From NCBI GenBank assembly GCA_036567965.1, contig DATCTN010000008.1, positions 68,175 to 132,174 on the forward strand: a stretch of DNA of 64,000 nt, in the 5' to 3' direction. The position numbers and the translations under genes were made by a program. Shown in pieces: positions 48,356-57,688 of this stretch. The DNA comes from Candidatus Kryptoniota bacterium (lineage in GTDB: Bacteria > Bacteroidota > Ignavibacteria > Kryptoniales > JAKASW01). The notes below the pieces were generated by a model. It was given only the letters and a program-made list of their open reading frames with translations, searched no databases and had not been told where the DNA came from. Every line of letters starts with the position of its first letter. The first letter of the stretch is position 1.

Positions 48356-50758
48356 ATGGTCGAAGCAAAAGAAAGATCAAAGACAATTTTTCAAAAGCTG
48401 ACGAATCTCGATTTCGAGAAAAGCACCGCGATAAAACTTCTTCTTCTTGCGGGCGTGGTCCTGATATTGACCTCGCTGACGCCTTCGCTCAATCAACTTA
48501 CCGTTCAGTACGAGGTTGGAACAATCTGGACGCATGACGATGTGATCGCGCCGTTCTCGTTTCCGATTTATAAGGACCCGGCCGATTACCAGGCTGAGAC
48601 AAAACAGGCCGAGTTGAATGTGAAACCGGTTTTCGACAAGATCGAGATCGAACGAAGCCGCATGGATTCGCTCGGAATCTTCATAGACAACGTCAAGAAC
48701 GCGTTAAGGCTACAGATACGGCTAAGGCGCGACCAGGTAAGAGGCGCTTTCGTTTCGGACTCCACCGCACTGCACGAGCTTCTACAGAGTTTACCTTACA
48801 GATTCTCAGACGTGGAATGGTACCAGCTGGTCATCGACGCCCGAAAGAATCCGTCACTGCTGCAAGGCATGGGTGATCTCGTTCCTGTAACTGTCTCAAT
48901 CGTTGGCAACGCGTATGAGAGAGGCATCATCGACCGACCCCGGAATCAGGTCGGGTCCCCCGTGATCGCGGTCAGGCAGAATAATTCAGAAGGACCTGTG
49001 ATACTCGACCAGGTCCTTACGATCGGCGAGGTTTCGCTCCAGCTCGAACAGGCGGCACTGGCAATGTTTAGAGGCGACACCTCAGCGGCCCAGACGATAT
49101 CCTCTGCAATATCCGCCCAGATTCTTCCGAACCTGTCGTATAATCACAACCAGACTCAGCGGGAGATCGCAGCGTCGATCGACCTTGTACCACGAACCAC
49201 CGGATTCGTAAAGGAAAACGAGAGGATCGTAAGTAAACACGACAGGATTACGAACGACATAAAACTCAAACTCGACTCTCTGGAGCGCGCTTTACTGGAA
49301 AGGACCGGGAAGACCGATATCATTCTTCAGTTCGTCGGCCGATTCCTGATCGTGTTCGTGATCATCGGGCTGTTCAGCATTTACCTTTTCCTTTTCAGAA
49401 AAAAGATTTTTTACAGCAACAAGATGCTATCGTTAATCGCGGCGCTCCTGATTTTCGAGGGTATCCTCATGTTCTTCGCGTTCACGGCTCAGACAGCCCT
49501 TCCGGTCCAGTATCTCGTGCTCGTCCCGGTCGCTTCAATGATACTGGCAATAATTTTCGATTCACGCGTGGCGTTTCAGGGAACGGTGGCAATAGCCTTG
49601 TTGATCGGGGCAATGAAAGGGAACGACTTCAGCGCGGCGCTCGCGTCTCTCAGTGCCGGTGCGCTGGCCGTGTATACTGTCCGCGACATAAAGAACAGGA
49701 CTCAGATTTTCAGAAGTCTGGTTTTCATCTTCCTCGGATATTCCATCGCGATGCTCGCCACCGCTTTGCAGAGGTCGGAAGATCCCTCCACGATGCTCGC
49801 GGAATTCTCGTTCATTGCAATCAACTCCGTCCTCTCTCCGATAATCACGTTCGGCCTCCTCATCTTCTTCGAAAAAGTGTTCGGTATCGCCACCGACCTG
49901 ACGCTTCTCGAACTTTCCGACTTCAATCAGCCGCTGCTCCGTGAGCTTTCGCAGAAGGCACCGGGCACGTTCCATCATTCGATCATCGTCGGTACGCTTG
50001 CGGAAAAGGCGGCCGAATCTGTCGGTGCAAACCCCATCCTGGCGCGCGTCGGCGCATACTACCACGACATCGGGAAGACTTTACGTCCGGAATATTTCGT
50101 CGAGAACACGATGGACCTGAACAAATCCAAACACGAATGGCTCCCGCCGGATGTCAGCGTTCAGGTGGTCGTATCACATGTCACACAGGGAATCGAGCTG
50201 GCAAAGAAGTACCGCATCCCGCAGAGAATCATAGATTTCATTCCAATGCATCATGGTACAACCCTTGTCGCTTATTTTTACGGCAAGGCCCTCCGCCGGC
50301 CGTTCGCCACGGGTGACGTAAGCGAAGAGGACTACAGGTACGACGGGCCGCGGCCGCAGTCGAAAGAGACCGCGATCGTCATGCTCGCCGATTCCGTCGA
50401 GGCAGCTACACGCTCACTGCAGGACAAGTCTTTCGAGAACGTCGAAACAATCATCGACACCATCATCAAAAGCAGGTACGAAGAGGGACAGCTGGACGAA
50501 ACGAACCTCACATTCAACGACCTGACAAAGATTAAAGAAAGTTTCGCGGCCGTAATGGCAGGTATATATCACAAGAGGATCGAATATCCCGGCCACTCTG
50601 AAGGATACCCTCCCAGCGAAACGGCGGATATACCCGAGCCCGTCGCCGATTTGAGCCAGAGAGAAATCGACGAACTCGCTCCGCCTCCAACCCGGACAAA
50701 GAAGCGTGCGCACAGGACCAATTCCCGGCCTGCCGCCAGACGGATACGCAGAAAGTAA
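48356..50758 (+). CDS. 7TM receptor with intracellular HD hydrolase domain (PgpH/YqfF-like, candidate cyclic-di-AMP phosphodiesterase)
   Basis: 800 aa. Extracellular N-terminal domain, a 7-TM block, and an HD domain with HHSIIVG...YYHDIGK...HH. Confidence 0.8.
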   Translation: MVEAKERSKTIFQKLTNLDFEKSTAIKLLLLAGVVLILTSLTPSLNQLTVQYEVGTIWTHDDVIAPFSFPIYKDPADYQAETKQAELNVKPVFDKIEIERSRMDSLGIFIDNVKNALRLQIRLRRDQVRGAFVSDSTALHELLQSLPYRFSDVEWYQLVIDARKNPSLLQGMGDLVPVTVSIVGNAYERGIIDRPRNQVGSPVIAVRQNNSEGPVILDQVLTIGEVSLQLEQAALAMFRGDTSAAQTISSAISAQILPNLSYNHNQTQREIAASIDLVPRTTGFVKENERIVSKHDRITNDIKLKLDSLERALLERTGKTDIILQFVGRFLIVFVIIGLFSIYLFLFRKKIFYSNKMLSLIAALLIFEGILMFFAFTAQTALPVQYLVLVPVASMILAIIFDSRVAFQGTVAIALLIGAMKGNDFSAALASLSAGALAVYTVRDIKNRTQIFRSLVFIFLGYSIAMLATALQRSEDPSTMLAEFSFIAINSVLSPIITFGLLIFFEKVFGIATDLTLLELSDFNQPLLRELSQKAPGTFHHSIIVGTLAEKAAESVGANPILARVGAYYHDIGKTLRPEYFVENTMDLNKSKHEWLPPDVSVQVVVSHVTQGIELAKKYRIPQRIIDFIPMHHGTTLVAYFYGKALRRPFATGDVSEEDYRYDGPRPQSKETAIVMLADSVEAATRSLQDKSFENVETIIDTIIKSRYEEGQLDETNLTFNDLTKIKESFAAVMAGIYHKRIEYPGHSEGYPPSETADIPEPVADLSQREIDELAPPPTRTKKRAHRTNSRPAARRIRRK

Positions 50759-50776
50759 TTCACACCCATCGGTTTC

Positions 50777-51721
50777 ATGCATTCAACTGAACTAAACGCG
50801 AAGACCGGGAACCAACTCGACTTGTTTTTCGAATTCATGAAATTCGAGAAAGGCCTTTCGGACAACAGTCTCATGTCTTACCGGAACGACTTGAACCGGT
50901 ATGCGTTCTACATGATTGGAAAGGGAGCATCCGGATTTAACGAGATATCTCGTTCCGATGTCAGAAATTACTTCAAGTCTCTTTTCGATATAGGACTAAA
51001 ACAGAGTAGCATCGCGAGAAATTTCTCCGCGGTGAAGAACCTGCATCGATTCCTCGTGTTCAGGAAATTTGCCGAGCTCGACCCGACCGCAAATCTCGAC
51101 AGGCCGAAGCCATCGAAAAAGCTCCCGACAGTGTTGAGCAAGGAAGAAATCGAGAGACTGATCAACGCGCCGGACACGAATTCCGATTTGGGAATCAGAG
51201 ACCGCGCCATTGTCGAGACGATGTACGCAACGGGAGTCAGGGTAAGCGAACTCGTGAATCTCAAGAAGAGGGATTTGATATTCAGCGAGAATGTTATCCG
51301 GGTTCTCGGCAAAGGATCGAAGGAACGAATCGTCCCGATCGGCGATATTGCGCTCGAGTGGATGAGGCGGTACGAGAAATCCGTGCGCCCGAAACTCGGC
51401 CCGTCAACGCCGGGGAAGAAATCAGTAACGAGCGAGTTCTTCTTCGTAAATTTCCGCGGAGGAAAACTCTCCAGGATCTCCGTCTGGAGAATGCTTCAAA
51501 AATACGCCGGGAAAGCAAACATCAAGAAACAAATCCACCCTCACACGCTGAGACACACTTTCGCCACTCACCTGCTCGAGGGTGGTGCCGACATCCGCGC
51601 GGTCCAGGAGATGCTCGGGCACAGCGACATCGGCACGACTCAAATTTACCTGCACCTCGATAGAGGATATCTCAGGGAGGTGCTCGACCGGTTTCACCCG
51701 CGAGGAAAATATGTTAAATGA
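50777..51721 (+). CDS. xerD: Tyrosine recombinase XerD/XerC
   Basis: 314 aa. N-terminal SAM-like domain (EKGLSDNSLMSYRNDL) and the C-terminal catalytic block HTLRHTFATHLLEGGADIRAVQEMLGHSDIGTTQIYLH. Confidence 0.8.
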   Translation: MHSTELNAKTGNQLDLFFEFMKFEKGLSDNSLMSYRNDLNRYAFYMIGKGASGFNEISRSDVRNYFKSLFDIGLKQSSIARNFSAVKNLHRFLVFRKFAELDPTANLDRPKPSKKLPTVLSKEEIERLINAPDTNSDLGIRDRAIVETMYATGVRVSELVNLKKRDLIFSENVIRVLGKGSKERIVPIGDIALEWMRRYEKSVRPKLGPSTPGKKSVTSEFFFVNFRGGKLSRISVWRMLQKYAGKANIKKQIHPHTLRHTFATHLLEGGADIRAVQEMLGHSDIGTTQIYLHLDRGYLREVLDRFHPRGKYVK

Positions 51722-52373
51722 AATTTATATACTCCCCGTTCTCCTTTTTTCCGTAATCATCCATGAGATTTCGCACGGGTATGCCGCGTTAAAACTCGGT
51801 GACCCGACCGCGCGCGACGCAGGCAGGCTGACTCTCAATCCGATACCTCACATCGATTTGTTCGGGTCCATCATCGTTCCTCTCTTCTCACTAATATCAG
51901 TCGGTCACATCCTCATCGCGTGGGCAAAACCGGTGCCCGTGAACCCGATGAATCTCTCGAACCACAGAAGGGACGAGATCGTCGTGTCGGCGGTTGGTCC
52001 GCTTTCGAACCTCGTCATGGCTTTTGTCTGCGCGATCTTCACTATTCTCCTGCTCAAGATCCAGCCTCTGATAGGCGATGCAGGCGCTTCCTCACTTTTT
52101 TATATCTTCCTTTTGAGGATGTTTTCGGGCGGAATGTACCTGAACGTCATGCTGGGAGTGTTCAATCTGGTCCCAATTCCACCTCTAGACGGCTCGCACG
52201 TCCTCGAAGCATTCCTCCCTCCAGCTGCCGCGGAAACTTACAGCCGCATCGGGTTCGCTGGAATATTTCTTATCATTCTTCTCATGCGATTGCCGGCATT
52301 CCTCGTGGTGTTCAACAGCGCGATAGATTTCTTTTACGGCCCGCTCTACCAGCTCGTCTTAACTTTTGCATGA
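51711..52373 (+). CDS. Site-2 protease family (M50) membrane metalloprotease
   Basis: 220 aa from the ATG at 51711 (the ORF-track start at 51582 overlaps xerD). HEISHG zinc motif in TM1, and a downstream NLVPIPPLDG motif. Confidence 0.8.
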   Translation: MLNEIYILPVLLFSVIIHEISHGYAALKLGDPTARDAGRLTLNPIPHIDLFGSIIVPLFSLISVGHILIAWAKPVPVNPMNLSNHRRDEIVVSAVGPLSNLVMAFVCAIFTILLLKIQPLIGDAGASSLFYIFLLRMFSGGMYLNVMLGVFNLVPIPPLDGSHVLEAFLPPAAAETYSRIGFAGIFLIILLMRLPAFLVVFNSAIDFFYGPLYQLVLTFA

Positions 52374-52459
52374 TGAATAAATAGGTGTAAATTTAATTAC
52401 GCCGTCGGATGCGCCGGCGTGAAGACCATGGTCTACCACATTCAGGCGAGCAAAAACAA

Positions 52460-53851
52460 ATGATCGTAATGAAATTCGGCGGAACCTCCGTCGAAGATTC
52501 CGATGCAATCAAGAGGCTGGCTGAAATCGTACGAGCCGAAATTCCCCGCGGACCTATTGTGTTCGTTTCCGCGTGCGCCGGCGTGACAAATCAACTCCTC
52601 AGGATAGCCGAGCTGTCGGCAGCAGGCAAAAAGGACGAAGCCTCCGACCTGATCGCGGCGATAAGAGGCAGGCACGAGAAGCTTGTGGACGAGGTCATCG
52701 CTTCGGAACTTCCGAAAAATTATCTGAAAGGAAAAATTTCCGTCTACGCTCACGAGCTGAAGAATCTCTCTCAAGCCATTTCGGTACTCGGCGAGGTGAC
52801 GAACAGGTCCCGTGACGCGATCGCATCATACGGCGAGCGGCTCTCTTCGATGATAGTCGCCCAGGCGCTTGAGGAGAGTTCGCTCAAGACATCGCTTGTC
52901 GATGCGAGAGAGTTCATGATAACAAATGAACGATACACAAAAGCGACGCCCAATCTCTCTGTCGTCGAAGAGAAAGCGAAAAAGGTTCTCCTTACCCGCG
53001 TGTCCGAAGGAAGTATAGTAGTGACGCAAGGATTCATCGGCTCGAGCGAAAAGGGAATCACGACAACCATCGGGCGAGGCGGTTCGGACTATTCCGCCGC
53101 GATTGTCGGATCTCTCCTTGGCGCCGAGGAGATCCAGATCTGGACTGACGTCGACGGAGTTCTGACAGCTGATCCGTCGATCGTTCCCGGCGCACGGCGA
53201 ATCAAGAAGATGTCGTTCAACGAGGCTTCCGAGCTCGCGTACTTCGGCGCGCGCGTGCTCCATCCTAAAACGATTCTCCCGGCAATCGAGAAGGATATAC
53301 CCGTTTACGTCCGAAATTCCAGGAACCCATCTTACCGCGGCACACTGATTACGAAAGGCGACGGGGCTGCCGAATGTATTGTGAAATCAATCGCTTACAA
53401 GGAACGGATCACGCTTCTGAATCTCGTTTCCAGCAGAATGTTTCTCGCGTCTGATTTCCTGGAAGCGGTTTTTGCGGTCTTCAATAAATTCAAGACTATC
53501 GCGCATGCCGTTGCCACAAGCGAAGTCAGCGTATCGGTGGCTGTCGACGATACGACGAATCTCGAGGAAATGAAAAAGGAAATCTCCGGGTTCGCAGAAA
53601 TTTCTTCTTCCGGCGGAAAGGCCATCGTTTGCGTTGTAGGCGACAACATCCGGAAGAGTCCGGGAATCGTCGGAAAGATTTTTTCTGCGCTGACGGATAT
53701 TCGCATAAACATGATATCTCAGGGCGCGTCGGAAATAAATATCGGTTTTGTCGTAGATGAATCGGACATCGAGCGTGCCGTGCGCTCGCTGCACGCGGAA
53801 CTGTTTTCAAACACCGGACCTTATAAACTGTCCGAAGAAATCTTCGATTGA
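52460..53851 (+). CDS. lysC: Aspartate kinase
   Basis: 463 aa from the ATG at 52460. MIVMKFGGTSV, GRGGSDYSAA and C-terminal ACT domains. Confidence 0.9.
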   Translation: MIVMKFGGTSVEDSDAIKRLAEIVRAEIPRGPIVFVSACAGVTNQLLRIAELSAAGKKDEASDLIAAIRGRHEKLVDEVIASELPKNYLKGKISVYAHELKNLSQAISVLGEVTNRSRDAIASYGERLSSMIVAQALEESSLKTSLVDAREFMITNERYTKATPNLSVVEEKAKKVLLTRVSEGSIVVTQGFIGSSEKGITTTIGRGGSDYSAAIVGSLLGAEEIQIWTDVDGVLTADPSIVPGARRIKKMSFNEASELAYFGARVLHPKTILPAIEKDIPVYVRNSRNPSYRGTLITKGDGAAECIVKSIAYKERITLLNLVSSRMFLASDFLEAVFAVFNKFKTIAHAVATSEVSVSVAVDDTTNLEEMKKEISGFAEISSSGGKAIVCVVGDNIRKSPGIVGKIFSALTDIRINMISQGASEINIGFVVDESDIERAVRSLHAELFSNTGPYKLSEEIFD

Positions 53852-53888
53852 ACAAATCCATGATCTCGAAGGGGGAGAAGAAATTCCG

Positions 53889-55160
53889 ATGAAAAGTCAG
53901 ATCGAATACCGCAAGGGACGTCTCTACATCGAAGATGTGCCGGCATCCGTTCTTGCGGAAAGATTCGGGACGCCGCTGTACGTTTACAGCAAGAACCAGA
54001 TCACAAAGAACATCGGAAGTCTCCTGAAGGCGTTCGCGGTAATACCTAACTCGAGGATTCTTTACGCGCTCAAGGCCAATTCAAACGTTGAGATACTGAA
54101 ACACATTCGTTCGACGGGCGTGGGCGCAGATACCGTGTCGGCGGGAGAAATTTTTCTCGCGCTCAAGGGCGGCTTCCCGCCGGCGTCGATTTCATTCGCG
54201 GGAGTCGGGAAGTGCGACACGGACATCGACTACGCCCTCGAGAGAAAAATCGGCACCATAATAATTGAATCGGTAGAAGAGCTTAAGGTCGTTTCAAAGC
54301 GGGCAGCGAATCTTGGGCAGACTGCAAGAGTTACATTCAGAGTCAATCCGGACGTCGACGCTCACACTCACCCTCACATTTCGACAGGACTCAAGGAGAA
54401 TAAATTCGGGATACCTATCGAAAGTGCACGCGACGTCATCAGACTGGCCCGAACCTTAAAGAACGTCGAATTTCTCGGGCTGCATTGCCATATCGGATCG
54501 CAGATTACTGAAGTGGCGCCGTTCGAGGAGGCGGCGGATTCACTCAGGAAACTTGTCATGGAACTCAAGCGGGAGAGTATCAGGGTCAGACAAATCGATC
54601 TTGGAGGTGGGATCGGCGTACGATACGTGAACGCAATCAGGCATAAGTTGCTTCCGGAGGAAGGGAAGAAAGCCCATTCCATAAACCTGAACGATCTCGC
54701 GAAAGTCATAAAGAAGAAACTCGTATTCCCAAACTGCGAACTCGTGATGGAGCCCGGACGTTTCATCGTAGCAGAATCGGGCGTCCTTCTTACACGCGTT
54801 CTCTACAGGAAGAGGATCTCGGAGAGAAGCTTCGTGGTTGTCGACGCGGGAATGAACGATATGATGCGTCACGCGCTCTATTCCGCATACCACCAGATCG
54901 TGCCGGTTGAAATCCAAAGGAGGAAGCGGCAGACCGTCGATGTCGTCGGACCCATTTGTGAGTCTACGGATGTTTTTGCGATACAGCGTTCGATGCCGGA
55001 GACGAAGAGAGGGGATCTGCTCGCAATAATGACAACGGGCGCTTACGGATATTCAATCTCTTCCAACTACAATTCTCGCCCGAGACCGGCAGAGGTTTTC
55101 GTCGAGAGAGACGGCGCGCGCGTCATAAGAGACAGGGAGACTCTCGACGATTTGACTTAA
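53889..55160 (+). CDS. lysA: Diaminopimelate decarboxylase
   Basis: 423 aa from the ATG at 53889, with a GGGGGAG RBS. YALKAN PLP-Lys region, HCHIGSQ, GGGIG and GAYG blocks. Confidence 0.9.
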   Translation: MKSQIEYRKGRLYIEDVPASVLAERFGTPLYVYSKNQITKNIGSLLKAFAVIPNSRILYALKANSNVEILKHIRSTGVGADTVSAGEIFLALKGGFPPASISFAGVGKCDTDIDYALERKIGTIIIESVEELKVVSKRAANLGQTARVTFRVNPDVDAHTHPHISTGLKENKFGIPIESARDVIRLARTLKNVEFLGLHCHIGSQITEVAPFEEAADSLRKLVMELKRESIRVRQIDLGGGIGVRYVNAIRHKLLPEEGKKAHSINLNDLAKVIKKKLVFPNCELVMEPGRFIVAESGVLLTRVLYRKRISERSFVVVDAGMNDMMRHALYSAYHQIVPVEIQRRKRQTVDVVGPICESTDVFAIQRSMPETKRGDLLAIMTTGAYGYSISSNYNSRPRPAEVFVERDGARVIRDRETLDDLT

Positions 55161-55228
55161 AACCCGGTTTTTTGTTATTTGAATTAGGAAACAAAAGATG
55201 AAATTACTGCCAAAGGGAAATAGACAAA

Positions 55229-56227
55229 ATGAAGTTGTATAATGTTGCCGTTGTCGGTGCTACAGGACTCGTCGGAAGAAAAATGACTCAGGTACTCGAA
55301 GAAAGGAAGTTCCCCGTAAGGAACCTGACACCTCTTGCATCCAGGAGATCGGTCGGTAAATCAATTTCATTCAACGGCAAATCGATTCCCGTCCAGGAGT
55401 TGAAGCCGGAAAGTTTTTCTGGAATAGAGATCGCGCTCTTTTCCGCCGGTGCATCGGTGAGCAAAGAATATGCGCCGATAGCGGCAAAAGCCGGAACCGT
55501 CGTAATCGACAACAGCAGCGCATGGAGAATGGACCCGGAAATACCTCTCGTGGTTCCGGAAGTAAACAGGAACGACATCTTCAAGCATCACGGCATAATC
55601 GCAAATCCGAACTGTTCCACGATACAGATGGTCGTTGCATTGAAGCCGCTCCACGATAAATACCGGATCAAACGTGTCGTAGTCTCGACCTACCAGTCGG
55701 TTACCGGGGCCGGACAGAGGGGCGTCGATCAGCTGGACGAAGAACTGGGCAAGAAGCAGGGCAATACACAGAAGTTTCCTCACAAGATCGCCTTCAACTG
55801 TCTCCCGCATATCGATGTATTCCGCGAAGACGGTTACACGAAAGAAGAATTCAAGATGACATTCGAGACGACAAAGATAATGGGGGACGATTCGATAAAA
55901 GTAACCGCCACGTGCGTACGTGTTCCGGTTTTTGGCGGACACAGCGAGAGTGTAAACGTCGAATTTGAAAAAGACTACGATCTCGAACAGGTTCGCGAGC
56001 TGCTTAGGAATGCGCCAGGAATTATTGTGGAAGACGATCCCGCGAAAAACATTTACCCGATGCCTATGAACGCGTACGATCGCGATGAGGTTTTTGTGGG
56101 CCGCATACGGCGCGACACTACGGCACCAAATGCTCTGAACATGTGGATTGTGTCCGACAACGTTCGGAAGGGCGCGGCAACCAACGCAGTTCAGATAGCG
56201 GAAGAGCTGATAAAGGGGAGGGACTGA
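55229..56227 (+). CDS. asd: Aspartate-semialdehyde dehydrogenase
   Basis: 332 aa. VVGATGLVG, active-site IANPNCST and RVPVFGGHS. Confidence 0.95.
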   Translation: MKLYNVAVVGATGLVGRKMTQVLEERKFPVRNLTPLASRRSVGKSISFNGKSIPVQELKPESFSGIEIALFSAGASVSKEYAPIAAKAGTVVIDNSSAWRMDPEIPLVVPEVNRNDIFKHHGIIANPNCSTIQMVVALKPLHDKYRIKRVVVSTYQSVTGAGQRGVDQLDEELGKKQGNTQKFPHKIAFNCLPHIDVFREDGYTKEEFKMTFETTKIMGDDSIKVTATCVRVPVFGGHSESVNVEFEKDYDLEQVRELLRNAPGIIVEDDPAKNIYPMPMNAYDRDEVFVGRIRRDTTAPNALNMWIVSDNVRKGAATNAVQIAEELIKGRD

Positions 56228-56312
56228 AGTCAGCTATTAGCTGTTAGCGATTAAGTATTAGCAAATTCAATTTTGACGGCCGCGTTTCGTTTTGGGGGCG
56301 GAAAACCAGGTT

Positions 56313-57554
56313 CTACAGTTTCAGGCTCTTCAGCTTCGGTGCGAACTGCTTCACGGCAGTAACCACTATCAGCGTCATGACGCCGCCAAATATCACCGAC
56401 GGGACGAGCCCCATGAGTTTTGCCGCGAGTCCCGATTCAAATGCTCCGAGTTCGTTTGACGAACCGATAAATATCCCGTTGATCGCAGCAATTCTTCCAC
56501 GCATCTCGTCGGGTGAATAGATTTGTATGATCGTTCCACGTATCACGACACTCACATCGTCGACTGCTCCACCGAAAAAGAGGACGGCGAGCGAGAGATA
56601 GAAATTTCTCGAGAGCGCGAACGAGATGATAGCGACTCCAAAGAGAAATACGCATATCATCAAGTTGCGGCCGGCCCTTTTGAAAAACGGGTAGTTTGCC
56701 TGGACTATGGACATAATGATGGCGCCCACCGCAGGTGCGGCTCGCAGGAATCCCAATCCCTTCGGTCCGGCGTGGAGCACCTGGTCTGCGAACATCGGAA
56801 GCACCGCCACGGCTCCGCCGAAGAAGACCGCGAACATGTCGAGGGAAACCGCGCTGAGAATTATCTGGTTGCTGAAAACGTATTTAAGACCGACGGACAG
56901 GCTCTGCCATATCGATTCGGTCTTTTTCTTCTCGGGAATGGCTCTCTTTCTTACAATGTTGAAGAACAGCGAGCCGAGCGCAGTCGTAACCACGACGAAA
57001 AAATAAGCGGCACCGACACCCGCGAAGCCGTAGATCAATCCCCCCACTGCCGGGCCGGTGACATCCGCCGTCTGCCATGCGAGACTGTTCCATGTTGACG
57101 CATTGCCGAAGAGTTCGCGCGGTACAAGCTGAGCCGCGAACGCTCCTTGCGCAGGCGACATGAATCCCCGGGCAATGCCAGTTATGAATATGATGACATA
57201 AATCGCGGAAACACTGTGTTGTGTAACGAGCGCATGAAAATTTGTCGACACGAGAAGGAGCCCAATGGCACATACCACGTAGATCAGGCTCGATAGCTGA
57301 ATGATCTTCTTCCGCTGAACGACGTCGGCCACATGCCCGGCAAAGAGCGACACGCTTAAAAAAGGAATTGCCTCCGCGAGACCGATCAGGCCGAGCGAGA
57401 GCGCGTCATGCGTCATTTCGTAAATTTGCCACCCGACGATCACGGACTGCATCTGGATGCCGAATGTCAGCACGAAGCGTGCGATGACGAACCATCTGAA
57501 GTCTTTTATCTTTAGCGACGCGTATGGGTCGGTCGCGTCAAGTCTAGTCAACAT
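56313..57554 (-). CDS. MFS transporter (EntS/MFS_3-like)
   Basis: 413 aa with about 12 TM segments and typical MFS loop motifs. Confidence 0.85.
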   Translation of the reverse strand: MLTRLDATDPYASLKIKDFRWFVIARFVLTFGIQMQSVIVGWQIYEMTHDALSLGLIGLAEAIPFLSVSLFAGHVADVVQRKKIIQLSSLIYVVCAIGLLLVSTNFHALVTQHSVSAIYVIIFITGIARGFMSPAQGAFAAQLVPRELFGNASTWNSLAWQTADVTGPAVGGLIYGFAGVGAAYFFVVVTTALGSLFFNIVRKRAIPEKKKTESIWQSLSVGLKYVFSNQIILSAVSLDMFAVFFGGAVAVLPMFADQVLHAGPKGLGFLRAAPAVGAIIMSIVQANYPFFKRAGRNLMICVFLFGVAIISFALSRNFYLSLAVLFFGGAVDDVSVVIRGTIIQIYSPDEMRGRIAAINGIFIGSSNELGAFESGLAAKLMGLVPSVIFGGVMTLIVVTAVKQFAPKLKSLKL

Positions 57555-57688
57555 AAAACAGGATTAGGTGTTTCCGAATTCTCAATACCCTCGTGGTACG
57601 ACAGACAAGATAATTACGGTAAGGTAGAAAACCGACGGCGTGGAAATGTTCGCTGTGCCCCTTCCGGTAGGCGAAGGGAGTCTTGCTT

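Noticed and set aside
50777-51721. Tyrosine recombinase as a possible marker of an integrated mobile element or island
   Set aside because: The sequence has the standard XerC/XerD architecture. It is flanked by housekeeping genes (the PgpH-like protein and an M50 protease overlapping it by 11 nt). There is no tRNA, att-like repeat, phage gene or conjugation gene nearby.
52374-52459. Possible lysine riboswitch or operator upstream of lysC, including the perfect 12-nt palindrome AGACCATGGTCT at 52423-52434
   Set aside because: The gap is only about 85 nt, far too short for an L-box. Roughly 15 perfect 12-nt palindromes are expected by chance in 64 kb, so the palindrome alone is not significant.
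56235-56262. Four tandem heptamers TATTAGC TGTTAGC GATTAAG TATTAGC between asd and the MFS gene
   Set aside because: Short and degenerate, in a convergent 3' intergenic gap. No associated structure or function could be argued.
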